DNA from: an uncultured Candidatus Saccharibacteria bacterium
GTDB taxonomy: Bacteria; Patescibacteriota; Minisyncoccia; Phycocordibacterales; UBA2100
Direction of reading: 5' to 3'
DNA: 45,077 bases
Assembly: GCA_964351105.1 (NCBI GenBank)
Contig: CAYGMC010000002.1
Coordinates: 11,010-56,086 of the forward strand
Below are positions 34,192-43,984 of this stretch, in pieces (position 1 is the first letter of the stretch; each line of letters starts with the position of its first letter). The translations under genes were made by a program, and so were the position numbers. Below the pieces are notes generated by a model. The model was not told the origin of the DNA and searched no databases. It saw nothing but the letters and a program-made list of their open reading frames with translations.

Positions 34192-35802
34192 TTACGTGGA
34201 TGTGGATAAGAGCGGGACTTCGACGACAAAACGAGACCCTTTGCCCGCGCCTTCGGATTCAGCGCGGATAGTACCACTGTGCGCTTCGATGATCTGTTTG
34301 GCGATGAAGAGTCCGTAGCCAGTGGAGTGCACGTTGACCTTGATTGATTCCTTACCGTGCCCACCTTCGGTAAAAAGATTGTGCATGTCCTCGGGCGTTA
34401 TGCCGACTCCAGTATCTTGTACGGAAAAGATTGCCCTCTCACCCTTTCTCTCCAACGAGACCATGATTTTTCCAGACAACGTATATCGAAATGAGTTGTC
34501 GACGAGATTGCGTATGATGTGTTGAGAAAACTTCGGCTCATCTCCCACCAAAGTGAATGACCCTTCATCAATTGAGACCGAAAACTCGATGCCTTTTGCC
34601 TCGATGACAGACCTGAGATCGTTGGTTACCGATAGCACGGCGGCTTTCAGATCAAAAGGCACTTTATTAAAGAGCATCGTGCCTCGTTTGAAATTTGAAG
34701 CATCAAGAATATCCATGGTGGTACGCACACCCTGACGCACTTCGCCCAGAGCGTTCTCTGCCATTTTGCGCAGATCAGGACTCACTGCCCCATAATCGCC
34801 TTCCACGATTGCCGCAAAAGCCGCACTGCTTTTGGCCAGATAACCTTTGATCTCGTGGCTCACGAAATGCAACATGGATTCTTGCTGTTTGTTGGCAGCT
34901 TCGAGCCCCTGCTCTTGTTGTTGAATGAGTTCACGCTGCTGGACTTCACGGAGTACGCTTCGTACGAGCATGACGCCAGAAAAAAGTACGAGGACAAACG
35001 TGCTGGTTCTGAAGACTATTGAAACAATGTCCCGAGAAAACAGGATCTCAAGAAAACTTACGACGGCTAAACTGAAGATCAGCAGAGCTGTGGCAGCAAT
35101 TTTGACGTTGAATATATTATGGCGGAGAACCGCGTATCCGATCGAGAGGACAAGAGGAAACATGAAAAGCGCACCGTACGGAACGAATATGGGATTATTA
35201 AACAGCGCGGCGATAACAAAGTTGAATACAATGACCAGCGTAAAGGTTGTTGCGATTCCCCCGAGCATAATGAGCATTCCACTGCGATTATCTTTTTTAG
35301 CCTCAGCAGTTTTAATGATAAGCAAGGCTACTGCGCGTACCACGAGACTTACTGCAAGCAGGCCGAAAAGGATAATGCCGGGACCCGATTCAACGCGAGC
35401 CACTTCTCCAGCCATCGTGCCGCCAACGACATTCGAGAAAACGACGGGTGTAAGTGTAAGCAAAGACACCGCGACCACCGATGGAAATAAAATAAGCCGA
35501 TGATGGCGCGAAAACGTCCGGACATCGTTGGGAAATGTCTCAAAAAGTTCGTGCAGAAAAAAAGCTTGCCACACTGCACAAAACATGATGCCCCGAATCA
35601 ACCATAGAGCCAAAATTGGATTCTGAAACTGATAACTCAAATAATTAAAAATTCCCCACAATGCCGTCGCAATGGAAAAAAGGAAAAACATTCGGTTCGT
35701 AACGCTCGAAGGTTTGCTTACGTACGCGGCAAAACCGATCAGCACAGTACCAGCCACAATGGTAGCAAGTGCGAGTAAATCTAGATTGTGTATCGCCCCC
35801 AT
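34192..35802 (-). CDS. Sensor histidine kinase with a multi-pass (~7 TM) N-terminal domain
   Basis: H-box FVSHEIKGYL, N-box IIRNLVDNSFRYT, G1 VQDTGVGI, and G2 GYGLFIAKQIIEAHSG. No response-regulator gene is present in the window. Confidence 0.85.
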   Translation of the reverse strand: MGAIHNLDLLALATIVAGTVLIGFAAYVSKPSSVTNRMFFLFSIATALWGIFNYLSYQFQNPILALWLIRGIMFCAVWQAFFLHELFETFPNDVRTFSRHHRLILFPSVVAVSLLTLTPVVFSNVVGGTMAGEVARVESGPGIILFGLLAVSLVVRAVALLIIKTAEAKKDNRSGMLIMLGGIATTFTLVIVFNFVIAALFNNPIFVPYGALFMFPLVLSIGYAVLRHNIFNVKIAATALLIFSLAVVSFLEILFSRDIVSIVFRTSTFVLVLFSGVMLVRSVLREVQQRELIQQQEQGLEAANKQQESMLHFVSHEIKGYLAKSSAAFAAIVEGDYGAVSPDLRKMAENALGEVRQGVRTTMDILDASNFKRGTMLFNKVPFDLKAAVLSVTNDLRSVIEAKGIEFSVSIDEGSFTLVGDEPKFSQHIIRNLVDNSFRYTLSGKIMVSLERKGERAIFSVQDTGVGITPEDMHNLFTEGGHGKESIKVNVHSTGYGLFIAKQIIEAHSGTIRAESEGAGKGSRFVVEVPLLSTST

Positions 35803-35813
35803 AGAGAGCCTTT

Positions 35814-35822
35814 ATTGTACCA
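35814..35822 (-). promoter_or_regulatory. Extended -10 box TGGTACAAT, 11 nt upstream of the histidine kinase ATG
   Basis: The minus strand reads TGGTACAAT-AAAGGCTCTCT-ATG(35802). It lies in the 20-nt gap after the nitroreductase stop. Confidence 0.35.
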
Positions 35823-36863
35823 CTACACAAAGCGCACTTCCGCAGGAAGACGTTTGGTGCGTGCTGAAACTTGCCCCGCTTTGCCGACACGGAGCATGAA
35901 GAGGATATGAGGCAACGACGTTTTGCTCGTCGCAACGAGGCGTGCATGAGCGTCTCGAATCATATGTTGGTGCTTTGTGGAAAGCGTACCCACATCCCCA
36001 GCCACAAGGCGCTGATACAGGAGCGGGAGCCCCACGATTGGCTGTACCGCGAGCCCAAGTGATTCTGCGGTCAACCAAAATCGCTCAACCGCCATTCCAA
36101 CACGCAAAAAGGCATTTTTATCGTTGGCTGCAGAAGAAAAAACCGCAATGGCGGGACCAGAGGCATACAGGAGGGCATTTTGACCTGCAATTGCCTTCGA
36201 CACGCCAAGTCGAGTCGCAAAACGCAAGAGAGGCCAATACGAGAATAATTTAAAAGCAATTTTTTGCGGCCCCGCAAGACCAAGAGTATCGACAAAAAAA
36301 CCCGGGCGCTTCTCATCTTCTTTCTTGGTCCATGTTATGTGACTAAAAAGAAATCGGTGTAGTTCTTTATTTTCAAGCACTATTCGCTCGTTGACGCTCG
36401 CAATCTCTGCAATTTGTGTACAGGCGTCTTTTTCTTGCACGATGTCAACATGTGTGTCGCTCGAGTTTGTACTGAGAAGATTCGCCACGATCTCACGGTG
36501 CAATGTTTCCGATGAGTATGTGTTGCGATTCGAATGTCTTGATTCAATGTACGTATTGAGTAGCGTTTCCGATATTTTATCCGCAGTGCACGTGATATAC
36601 GCCACTGCACGGTTGTCGGGGAAGACATTTATTTTTGTTGCATATCCAAGCGCCGCCGCGCGGGTACGCATATTTTCGAGAAGACATCCGTGAGCTATGT
36701 AAGACGCCTGCTGTTGGTAATTGTACAGAGAAGTATCTCGTTCAGGAACATTATATACTGTAATAACGTCTTCGTGAATTTCAAAACGCCATGGTTGCGC
36801 ATTGTCGCCGGAAGGAGCGCGGATACCAGCATCAATGATAGATAGAATATGCGCTCGTGGCAT
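35823..36863 (-). CDS. Tandem nitroreductase-fold protein (Acg/Rv3131-like)
   Basis: ILSIIDAGIRAPSGDNAQPWRFEI is the nitroreductase-superfamily N-terminal signature. At 346 aa the protein is about twice the single-domain size, as in the Acg family. Confidence 0.72.
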   Translation of the reverse strand: MPRAHILSIIDAGIRAPSGDNAQPWRFEIHEDVITVYNVPERDTSLYNYQQQASYIAHGCLLENMRTRAAALGYATKINVFPDNRAVAYITCTADKISETLLNTYIESRHSNRNTYSSETLHREIVANLLSTNSSDTHVDIVQEKDACTQIAEIASVNERIVLENKELHRFLFSHITWTKKEDEKRPGFFVDTLGLAGPQKIAFKLFSYWPLLRFATRLGVSKAIAGQNALLYASGPAIAVFSSAANDKNAFLRVGMAVERFWLTAESLGLAVQPIVGLPLLYQRLVAGDVGTLSTKHQHMIRDAHARLVATSKTSLPHILFMLRVGKAGQVSARTKRLPAEVRFV

Positions 36864-36870
36864 ACGATGA

Positions 36871-38391
36871 CTATCTCGCTACCCAACGTTGCTTTCCAGT
36901 GGAGCTAAAGTATTCAGGGTCACCGTACTCATGTAACACAATATGCGGCGTAGAGCTTGCGGCATCGCTGGAATAGTTGTTATTGAACTCGGAATTTCGA
37001 CGGCGCAATTCTGCGACCACAACTTCTGTTGTCTTGATTCGTATTTCGTCAGAAGGAACGATTTCCTGTCGCAACTCTACATGGATGTCGAGTGTCTGTT
37101 GCATACGGTCGTTCTCACTCCGCACAGCAGTGCATTTACCCGTAAGCCAGTGCTCAAGTACTTTATTATCCAGCGCGACACGGATTTCTTCGGGGTAGAT
37201 GTTTGCCCCTCTAAAAACAATCACAAAATCAGCTCGCGCATGAATATAAACGAACGGCAACGGGAGCACCATTGTTTCGATGTCATACTTTTTTATCTCA
37301 AAATCAAGGTCAACGCCAAGTTTTGTGAGTGTAAGGCGCATCGTGTCGAAGGTAATGACACCACCGAGGTCAGAAAAAGCGTATCGAACAAGAGGTATAG
37401 ACGAACCATACCCTGTGGCAAGAATTTGTCCGTCTGTTTCTTCAAAATACACATGGTCTGGATAGTATTGAGCAAGTGTCGGAATATTTTGAGCGCGTGG
37501 GAAAAGAGCTTGGAAAACATCTGGACGTTCAAAGGCAATTCGACGAATCATGTTGGTAAGGGCGGTTTCGTGAGCAATGGTGCCCTGTTCTACCGTCCCG
37601 TATATATTGACCATGTCACGCACCGGATCTGCCCCACTGAGCTCAGAAAGATGATTACGAAATTCTTCGGAATAACCTTCAGCGGCTGTGAGGATCCGCA
37701 GACGGTGCTTTTTCCAATCAATACCGTGCACACCTCCTTCGTCGAGAATATCTTTGATGAACGGTGGATATCCCATCAAAATAACTTGATCGAACAGCGG
37801 GGCGAACTTTTTGAACGACCGGAGGTACAACTCTTTTTGCGGACCGATCGGAATAAGGGTCATAGGGAAACCATTCTCTGCAAGTTTGTTAAAGTTTTTG
37901 TAAGTAAAAATACCTCCAATCCATATTCCAAGCCCAAAGCCCACGAGACACAGTGTAGAGCGTTTGCCCACGTCCCACTGTCCGGAAAGGAGGACGCGCA
38001 TGGAGCGTTCATAAAAAGCGTCATGCTCACTACTGCGAGGGAAAAAAAACGGTTCTCCTGTCGATCCAGATGTCGCAGATACTGTTGTCGAACGGTGAAG
38101 AGCAAGCGGAGCAAAAAGATCTTGATACGGATAGGCCCGCAAGTAACTGTCTTTTGAGATCGTTGGAATTTTTTTGAACTCTTCTATGGTGTGAATTGGA
38201 TCATTCAGATTAACACCATGAGCATCAAGAAAGTTTTTGTACGCGGGCACGTGGGTGCGCGCAAAATCCAAAAGCCCCAACGCCATTTTCTCTCCTTTTT
38301 TCTCCCAAAATTCAGGAGACTTTGTTCGAGAATCGCTCAGCTTTTTTCTTAAAGGAGCAGATGGAAACACTGGCGCAGGGTGTTTACGCAT
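36871..38391 (-). CDS. Adenylate-forming enzyme, PaaK/CapK/coenzyme-F390-synthetase-like
   Basis: The P-loop-like motif SATSGSTGEPFFFPRS matches (S/T)SGTTGxP in PaaK-type ligases. The protein also has ..NIYGTVEQG.. and a C-terminal lid region. Substrate is unknown. Confidence 0.68.
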   Translation of the reverse strand: MRKHPAPVFPSAPLRKKLSDSRTKSPEFWEKKGEKMALGLLDFARTHVPAYKNFLDAHGVNLNDPIHTIEEFKKIPTISKDSYLRAYPYQDLFAPLALHRSTTVSATSGSTGEPFFFPRSSEHDAFYERSMRVLLSGQWDVGKRSTLCLVGFGLGIWIGGIFTYKNFNKLAENGFPMTLIPIGPQKELYLRSFKKFAPLFDQVILMGYPPFIKDILDEGGVHGIDWKKHRLRILTAAEGYSEEFRNHLSELSGADPVRDMVNIYGTVEQGTIAHETALTNMIRRIAFERPDVFQALFPRAQNIPTLAQYYPDHVYFEETDGQILATGYGSSIPLVRYAFSDLGGVITFDTMRLTLTKLGVDLDFEIKKYDIETMVLPLPFVYIHARADFVIVFRGANIYPEEIRVALDNKVLEHWLTGKCTAVRSENDRMQQTLDIHVELRQEIVPSDEIRIKTTEVVVAELRRRNSEFNNNYSSDAASSTPHIVLHEYGDPEYFSSTGKQRWVAR

Positions 38392-39433
38392 ATGAATTGA
38401 ATATTTCCTCTGCTAATGCGTTCGATATACGGTTGGTGGGACGATTCTCTCTCTTGCTCTGGCTGATGATAGAAGCCAATCTGTCGCCTATTGCGAGAAT
38501 CTTTCTCTCGACACGATTCCTATCATAAGTTGGATTCTCATACTCATCGAATACGGCGATGAGACCGCCAGCGTTTACCACAAAGTCAGGTGCATAGAGA
38601 ATGCCTCTTGCGTGAAGTGCGTCGCCGTCTTCCTCGTGTTCCAACTGGTTGTTCGCTCCACCAACAACGATGGAGCAAGAAAGTTCTGGGATTGTCGTGC
38701 TATTCAACGCGCCACCCATCGCGCAAGGAGCGTACACGTCAACCTTCATCTTGTGAATTTCTTCGGGGCTTACCATAACGATCTCGGGGTAAAGCGTCTG
38801 TATACGAACAACCGCCGACGGGGAGATATCGCACGCAAATATTTTCTCTGCCTTGCCCACAAGAGAAGCAATGAATCCGGAACCTATTTTGCCAAGCCCT
38901 TGGATTGCAAAAGTTCGCCCCTCGATAGAAGGACTGGAAAATACTTCATTGAGCGCCGGGGCGAGTGCATAGTAAATACCGAGCGACGTAAATTCGGTAG
39001 AGTTATCATTAAAACCTACAATGTTGGGCGTCTCGCGTTTCATAAGCAGGAGATCTTCTTGCCGCACACCGACGTCTGTTCCTGTAATAAAGTCGTAGCG
39101 AAGATCTGAGATAGATCTTGCGTAGGCCGACAAAATTTCTTCTCTTTGTACACCTGGATTTGCCTTATCGAGTATAACAGCTTTTGCACCCCCGCACGGT
39201 AAACCCGCAAGAGCCGCTTTATACGACATGAGCCTCGAAAGACGCAGTGCGTCGCGGAGACCTTCAACGTCGGTCGTGTAATGCCAGAATCTTGTCGCCC
39301 CAAAGGAAGGTACGGAATGGTTTTTTCGATGAATTGCTACAAACGCTTCCATTCCCACCTCCTCGTCTCGAAGCAATTTTACAAGATGATGATTTTCATA
39401 TTCGGGCAACTTTCGAAAATCATCAGAGGTCAT
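38384..39433 (-). CDS. Glu/Leu/Phe/Val dehydrogenase family protein (Leu/Phe/Val-dehydrogenase-sized)
   Basis: FGATRFWHY..EGLRDALRLSRLMSYKAALAGLPCGGAKAVI contains the catalytic-Lys region. The Rossmann motif is FAIQGLGKIGSG. The protein also has GGANNQL. Length is 349 aa. Confidence 0.83.
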   Translation of the reverse strand: MTSDDFRKLPEYENHHLVKLLRDEEVGMEAFVAIHRKNHSVPSFGATRFWHYTTDVEGLRDALRLSRLMSYKAALAGLPCGGAKAVILDKANPGVQREEILSAYARSISDLRYDFITGTDVGVRQEDLLLMKRETPNIVGFNDNSTEFTSLGIYYALAPALNEVFSSPSIEGRTFAIQGLGKIGSGFIASLVGKAEKIFACDISPSAVVRIQTLYPEIVMVSPEEIHKMKVDVYAPCAMGGALNSTTIPELSCSIVVGGANNQLEHEEDGDALHARGILYAPDFVVNAGGLIAVFDEYENPTYDRNRVERKILAIGDRLASIISQSKRENRPTNRISNALAEEIFNSYA

Positions 39434-39436
39434 ATG

Positions 39437-40555
39437 TTATGCGGTGTGATGAAGCCATTCTCCTGACGCAGGACTTATATACGCTCGTATGTCGGGCTCC
39501 ATGTTCTTGCGCAAAGCAATCTGTTTAATAATGTACGTAGCAACTACGCCTCCTAAAAGCGCGGCTGACCCCAATTGTGACCACGAAACGAGCTTTTTTG
39601 CAAGCACTCGTTGAACGGATCGAAGCATGGCAGGATCCACCTTCTCAACTCCCCCTACAATGTCCTGCATGATCATACGACCGGCCGCCTCTTTAGTCAT
39701 TGTTCCGCTCACCGCTTCGTCAAAATACGTTGGCTCTTTACCGAAGATAGTTTTAACACCAAGGTCGTATCGTTCGACATGCAAAACAACACCGTCGCCA
39801 TTATCGGTCACCATGACAACAGGAATTTGATATTTCATTGCAAGTTTCCGAGTCATTATTTTGAACGGCATATCATCAACTTCGTCGACGATACAATCAA
39901 TCTCTTTTTTCTCAAGGAGTTCGGTGAGCCTTCTTGCGTCGACACCTTCGGACAGTGCGGTTACGTGAGCAAAAGGGTTGTCTTCGTGTATACGCCGCGC
40001 CGTTACCGTCGTCTTGTTAAGACCTATTTGATGTATACCAGCAAGTATTCTGTTGAGGTTTGTTGTATCAAGTTCATCGAAGTCTGCGATCGTAATGTTG
40101 TTCGAAATACCAGTTTGCGTGAGCATAATCACTACGTTTGACCCTACACTTAATCCAAATACCGCTACGCGAAAATCACGAAGTCGGAGTTGCTCTGAAG
40201 AGGTGATAAGATCTTGGTTGCGATTTGTCTTGAGTTTGAAGTAATCACTCTCGCCCACAGTCGTTACAAGGTGTCCATTCCACGGATAGTACACATAAAC
40301 TTCACTGCCCTGTTTGAGAACAAGGTATTTTTTAAATGCATCGCTAGACCATGCTTCTTGCTTATCCTTCCCTATCCACTCTTCATTGTCGATAAAGAAA
40401 AGTTCACGAAGCTGCCTTGTATAGGCATCGACGCGGACTATGTTTGGATGTTTTTCTAAAAAGTCGGCGAGTGAATCCCTCTCGATAATGAGGGGCATGT
40501 ATGCTTCTTTAGAGTTTTCCATATGCCCCAGTACGTTATTGTGAAGAGAAATCAA
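39437..40555 (-). CDS. ThiF/MoeB/E1-like adenylyltransferase with an N-terminal extension (resembles the ThiF half of Rv1355c/MoeY-type proteins)
   Basis: FRVAVFGLSVGSNVVIMLTQTGISNNITIADFDELDTTNLNR is the E1 nucleotide-binding fold. It is preceded by ..VYYPWNGHLVTT..KLKTNRNQDLITSSEQLRL. The start at 40555 is TTG (a 4-nt overlap with the upstream gene). An ATG alternative lies at 40522. Confidence 0.78.
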   Translation of the reverse strand: MISLHNNVLGHMENSKEAYMPLIIERDSLADFLEKHPNIVRVDAYTRQLRELFFIDNEEWIGKDKQEAWSSDAFKKYLVLKQGSEVYVYYPWNGHLVTTVGESDYFKLKTNRNQDLITSSEQLRLRDFRVAVFGLSVGSNVVIMLTQTGISNNITIADFDELDTTNLNRILAGIHQIGLNKTTVTARRIHEDNPFAHVTALSEGVDARRLTELLEKKEIDCIVDEVDDMPFKIMTRKLAMKYQIPVVMVTDNGDGVVLHVERYDLGVKTIFGKEPTYFDEAVSGTMTKEAAGRMIMQDIVGGVEKVDPAMLRSVQRVLAKKLVSWSQLGSAALLGGVVATYIIKQIALRKNMEPDIRAYISPASGEWLHHTA

Positions 40556-41046
40556 CCTCTACGAAAAAATGCAAGCGCTCCGTATGAAGCAATAACCCAC
40601 CAAAGTTTGTACGTACTGCCGAATATCAGCTGCACTGATGGCCCGAAGTGCCATAGCGGGTTTGAGCCGAGCATTTCATTTGCAAAAACAATCATAAGTG
40701 CGGTCGTGGCAATACCGATGCAAAGAGCTGAAAGAGGGAACGCGCTTCCGATGAAATTGTCGCCGAGCATACGAAATACCATGAAAAAAATGAACACAAA
40801 TACTGCGATAGCAAGCATGAGCTCCGTGGGAGCACTTTCGGTCAGTGTTACCAATTTCGAGAGTCCGAGCGTCGTAGGTATGGAAGTAAGAGTGAAAACG
40901 ACGACAGGCATGGTGAGAGAAAGAGCGAGTGCCAATCGAACACCCATACGGAGCGTGTAAATGGTTATGAACAAAGCGCATAAACCCACAACAACCCAAT
41001 CGAGTGGGAGTGCTGGAATATTTGATGAAATAACGTCTGGGACCAT
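40552..41046 (-). CDS. Small polytopic membrane protein (4-5 TM; possibly CvpA-like)
   Basis: The protein is hydrophobic throughout, with no catalytic motif. The ATG at 41046 lies 5 nt after the dnaJ stop, and a GTG alternative lies at 41055. Confidence 0.55.
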   Translation of the reverse strand: MVPDVISSNIPALPLDWVVVGLCALFITIYTLRMGVRLALALSLTMPVVVFTLTSIPTTLGLSKLVTLTESAPTELMLAIAVFVFIFFMVFRMLGDNFIGSAFPLSALCIGIATTALMIVFANEMLGSNPLWHFGPSVQLIFGSTYKLWWVIASYGALAFFRRG

Positions 41047-41051
41047 AGAGA

Positions 41052-42119
41052 TCACATTCCTTCAGCGCGCAATTTTTCTACTAGTTCGCGCGCGCTTTTC
41101 GAGAGTTTTTTAGGGAATTGTATGTCGATACGGACAAGTAAATCTCCGCGCGCGCCTCTGCCATGTGGCACTCCTTTTCCACGAATACGTATTGACTCGC
41201 CATGAGCTACGCCTGCGGGCACCGTAAGTGCTTCGTCACCTTCGAGCGTGTGAACACGGTACTCCCCTCCCAAAAGTGCGTCAGTAAGCTTGATAGAGAG
41301 CGACGTCTGAAGATTGTTTCCTTCACGCACGAAACGAGCGTCCGATCGCACATGTAGTTTGACGTATAAATCTCCGGCGGCAGCGCCCTGAGCGGCCTCT
41401 CCGAGGCCTGGCATACGTATCATTTCTCCATGTTCTACACCAGCAGGGACCACAATATGAATTTCTTCCTCACGCTTCATCACCCCTTCTCCACGGCACA
41501 CCGTACATGCTGATTCTGGTAGGTCGCCGCGACCGCGACATTTTGGACACGAACGACTTGAACTGAACGCGCCAAAAAATGTATTGCGGGTCTCGCGAAT
41601 TTCTCCCTTGCCGTTGCACGAAGTGCACGAGATTTTTTTTGAGCCAGTCTTTGCGCCAGTGCCAGCACAGGACCCACATGTGCCTACTTTTGCTATCAAC
41701 ACCCGCCTTTCGGTGCCAAACACAGCCTCTTTGAAAGGAAGTTCTATATCAATTGACACATCCCGTCCCCGCGAGCGCCCGTGCGAATTGCCACCGAAAA
41801 AATCACCAAAAATATCACCGAGATCAAATTCCTGTGCACCAAAACCATGTCCGCCTTGCGAAAAATTAGAGAAATCAAAACCGCCAAATCCTCCTTGCGG
41901 CCCACCTCCTCCAGCAAACGTTTTGCCGTATGTATCATACTCTGCGCGTTTCTTTGCGTCAGAAAGAGTGGTATATGCTTCGGATATTTCCTTGAATTTT
42001 GCCTCATTACCGTCTTTTTTGTCGGGATGATACTTTTGGGCAAGTTTTCTGAACGCGCTCTTTATTTCATCAGCACTTGCCGTTTTGGAAACACCGAGAA
42101 TGTCATAGTAATTTTTCAT
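41052..42119 (-). CDS. dnaJ: Molecular chaperone DnaJ
   Basis: J-domain [18 protein letters not shown], a G/F-rich linker, and four CxxCxGxG zinc-finger repeats. Confidence 0.93.
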   Translation of the reverse strand: MKNYYDILGVSKTASADEIKSAFRKLAQKYHPDKKDGNEAKFKEISEAYTTLSDAKKRAEYDTYGKTFAGGGGPQGGFGGFDFSNFSQGGHGFGAQEFDLGDIFGDFFGGNSHGRSRGRDVSIDIELPFKEAVFGTERRVLIAKVGTCGSCAGTGAKTGSKKISCTSCNGKGEIRETRNTFFGAFSSSRSCPKCRGRGDLPESACTVCRGEGVMKREEEIHIVVPAGVEHGEMIRMPGLGEAAQGAAAGDLYVKLHVRSDARFVREGNNLQTSLSIKLTDALLGGEYRVHTLEGDEALTVPAGVAHGESIRIRGKGVPHGRGARGDLLVRIDIQFPKKLSKSARELVEKLRAEGM

Positions 42120-42134
42120 TACTGCGATTATACA

Positions 42135-43982
42135 CTACTTCTGCCCTTCTTCGGGCGGCTGTTCACTTCCTTTTTCGGATTGGGCTTTTTGCATCGCCTC
42201 TCCAATGGCAGACATAGACTTCGATAATTCTTCCGAGGCGGAGTGTATCACCCCAGCATCGCTCCCCCCTCGTGCAGTTTTGAGCGCATCAATCTTTTCC
42301 TGCACGTTCTTTCTGATATCTTCGCTCACTTTCTCTCCGTGCTCTTTCAAAGATTTTTCGGCGGCATATATCACTTGGTCCGCGGCGTTCTGTGACTCAA
42401 TCAGCTCTTTCTTCTTTTTGTCCGCTTCGGCGTTTATATCGGCATCTTTGCGCATTTTTTCGATATCCGCTTCCGAGAGTCCGGAACTTCCCTCGATCCT
42501 GATGGACTGCTCTTTACCCGACGTTTTGTCCTTGGCTTTCACGGTCAAAATACCATTTGCATCAATATCAAACGTTACCTCCACTTGCGGTGTACCGCGT
42601 GCCGCTGGTGGAATCCCGTCGAGATTGAATCTGCCGAGAGATTTATTATCTCCAGCCATGGGTCGTTCACCTTGTACTACATGGATCTCGACGGATGGTT
42701 GATTGTCGGACGCGGTAGAAAAAACCTGCGAGCGCGATGTGGGAATAGTCGTATTGCGATCAATGAGCTTGGTCGCCACGCCTCCTAATGTCTCAATTCC
42801 AAGCGAAAGCGGGATAACATCGAGGAGTAAGACGTCTTTGACATCACCTTTGAGGATTCCTCCCTGAATGGCCGCGCCTATCGCGACAACTTCGTCGGGG
42901 TTGACGCTCATGTTTGGTTTTCTGCCGAAATAGTCCTCCACTGCTTTTTGAAGAGCAGGCATGCGTGTCTGACCGCCCACCAACACGACTTCGTTGATTT
43001 CAGCAATCTTAAACGGTGAATTTTCGACGGCGCGCTTGGTAATCGTCATTGCTCGGTCAATGAATTCACGCGAGAGTTCTTCGAGCTTTGCACGTGTCAT
43101 TTTAATAAGGAGGTGTTGGGGTCCTGCCTCTGTTGATGTGATGAATGGTATATTTATTTCGGTTTCAAGTGCGGTTGAGAGCTCGATTTTTGCCTTTTCG
43201 GCCGCTTCATCGAGACGCTGTCGTGCCAGCGGATCGTTTCGCACGTCGACACCGCTTTGCTTCTTGAATTCATCTGCTATCCAGCTCATGATCTTCTGAT
43301 CAAGGTCTTTTCCACCGAGATGCGCGTCGCCGTCGGTGGAGCGCACTTCTATTACATCATCGCCAACCTCGAGTACTGATACGTCAAACGTGCCTCCACC
43401 GAAGTCGAATACGGCGATTTTCTCGTTCTTTTTCTTATCAAAACCATATGCAAGTGCCGCGGCCGTCGGTTCGTTGATGATTCGTTTTACATCGAGTCCA
43501 GCGATTTTCCCCGCATCGCGGGTGGCCTGGCGCTGACTGTCGTTGAAATAGGCGGGTACGGTGATGACGGCTTCGGTGATTACTTCACCAATGCGGGCCT
43601 CTGCGTCTTGCTTCAATTTCTGCAAAATCATCGCCGAAATTTCCTCAGGTCGGTACCATTTTTCGGCCATCTTTACTTCAATGCCGCCATTGCCGGATTT
43701 TTGTATCTCAAAAGGGACGGCCGCTTTATCTTTGGCCACCCCCGATTCGTCGAAAGAGTGTCCGATAAATCGCTTGATTTGGTATACGGTGTTCTTGGGG
43801 TTTGTGACACCTTGTCGCTTGGCGAGCAAACCGACCAAACGCTCCCCTGTCTTTGAAATGGCAACGACAGACGGCGTTGTGCGCACACCTTCCGCGTTTT
43901 CGATGATGTTTGGTTCGCCGCCCGTAACGATTGCGATGGCGGAATTGGTAGTACCGAGATCTATGCCGAGAATTTTTGACAT
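42135..43982 (-). CDS. dnaK: Molecular chaperone DnaK (Hsp70)
   Basis: Contains [34 protein letters not shown] and an EEVD-less acidic tail. Confidence 0.97.
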   Translation of the reverse strand: MSKILGIDLGTTNSAIAIVTGGEPNIIENAEGVRTTPSVVAISKTGERLVGLLAKRQGVTNPKNTVYQIKRFIGHSFDESGVAKDKAAVPFEIQKSGNGGIEVKMAEKWYRPEEISAMILQKLKQDAEARIGEVITEAVITVPAYFNDSQRQATRDAGKIAGLDVKRIINEPTAAALAYGFDKKKNEKIAVFDFGGGTFDVSVLEVGDDVIEVRSTDGDAHLGGKDLDQKIMSWIADEFKKQSGVDVRNDPLARQRLDEAAEKAKIELSTALETEINIPFITSTEAGPQHLLIKMTRAKLEELSREFIDRAMTITKRAVENSPFKIAEINEVVLVGGQTRMPALQKAVEDYFGRKPNMSVNPDEVVAIGAAIQGGILKGDVKDVLLLDVIPLSLGIETLGGVATKLIDRNTTIPTSRSQVFSTASDNQPSVEIHVVQGERPMAGDNKSLGRFNLDGIPPAARGTPQVEVTFDIDANGILTVKAKDKTSGKEQSIRIEGSSGLSEADIEKMRKDADINAEADKKKKELIESQNAADQVIYAAEKSLKEHGEKVSEDIRKNVQEKIDALKTARGGSDAGVIHSASEELSKSMSAIGEAMQKAQSEKGSEQPPEEGQK

Positions 43983-43984
43983 AC

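Noticed and set aside
36943-38157. 404-aa ORF on the plus strand
   Set aside because: It is entirely antisense to the PaaK-like gene, which has clear adenylate-forming motifs. The translation is Arg/Cys/Phe-rich with no recognisable motif. It is a typical shadow ORF. The same applies to 201-983(-), 1629-2309(-), 3190-3702(+), 9459-9980(+), 22464-22883(+), 27946-28458(+), 33455-34047(+), 34925-35503(+), 39611-40141(+), 41584-42227(+), 42205-42702(+), 43561-43995(+) and the other short antisense ORFs in the track.
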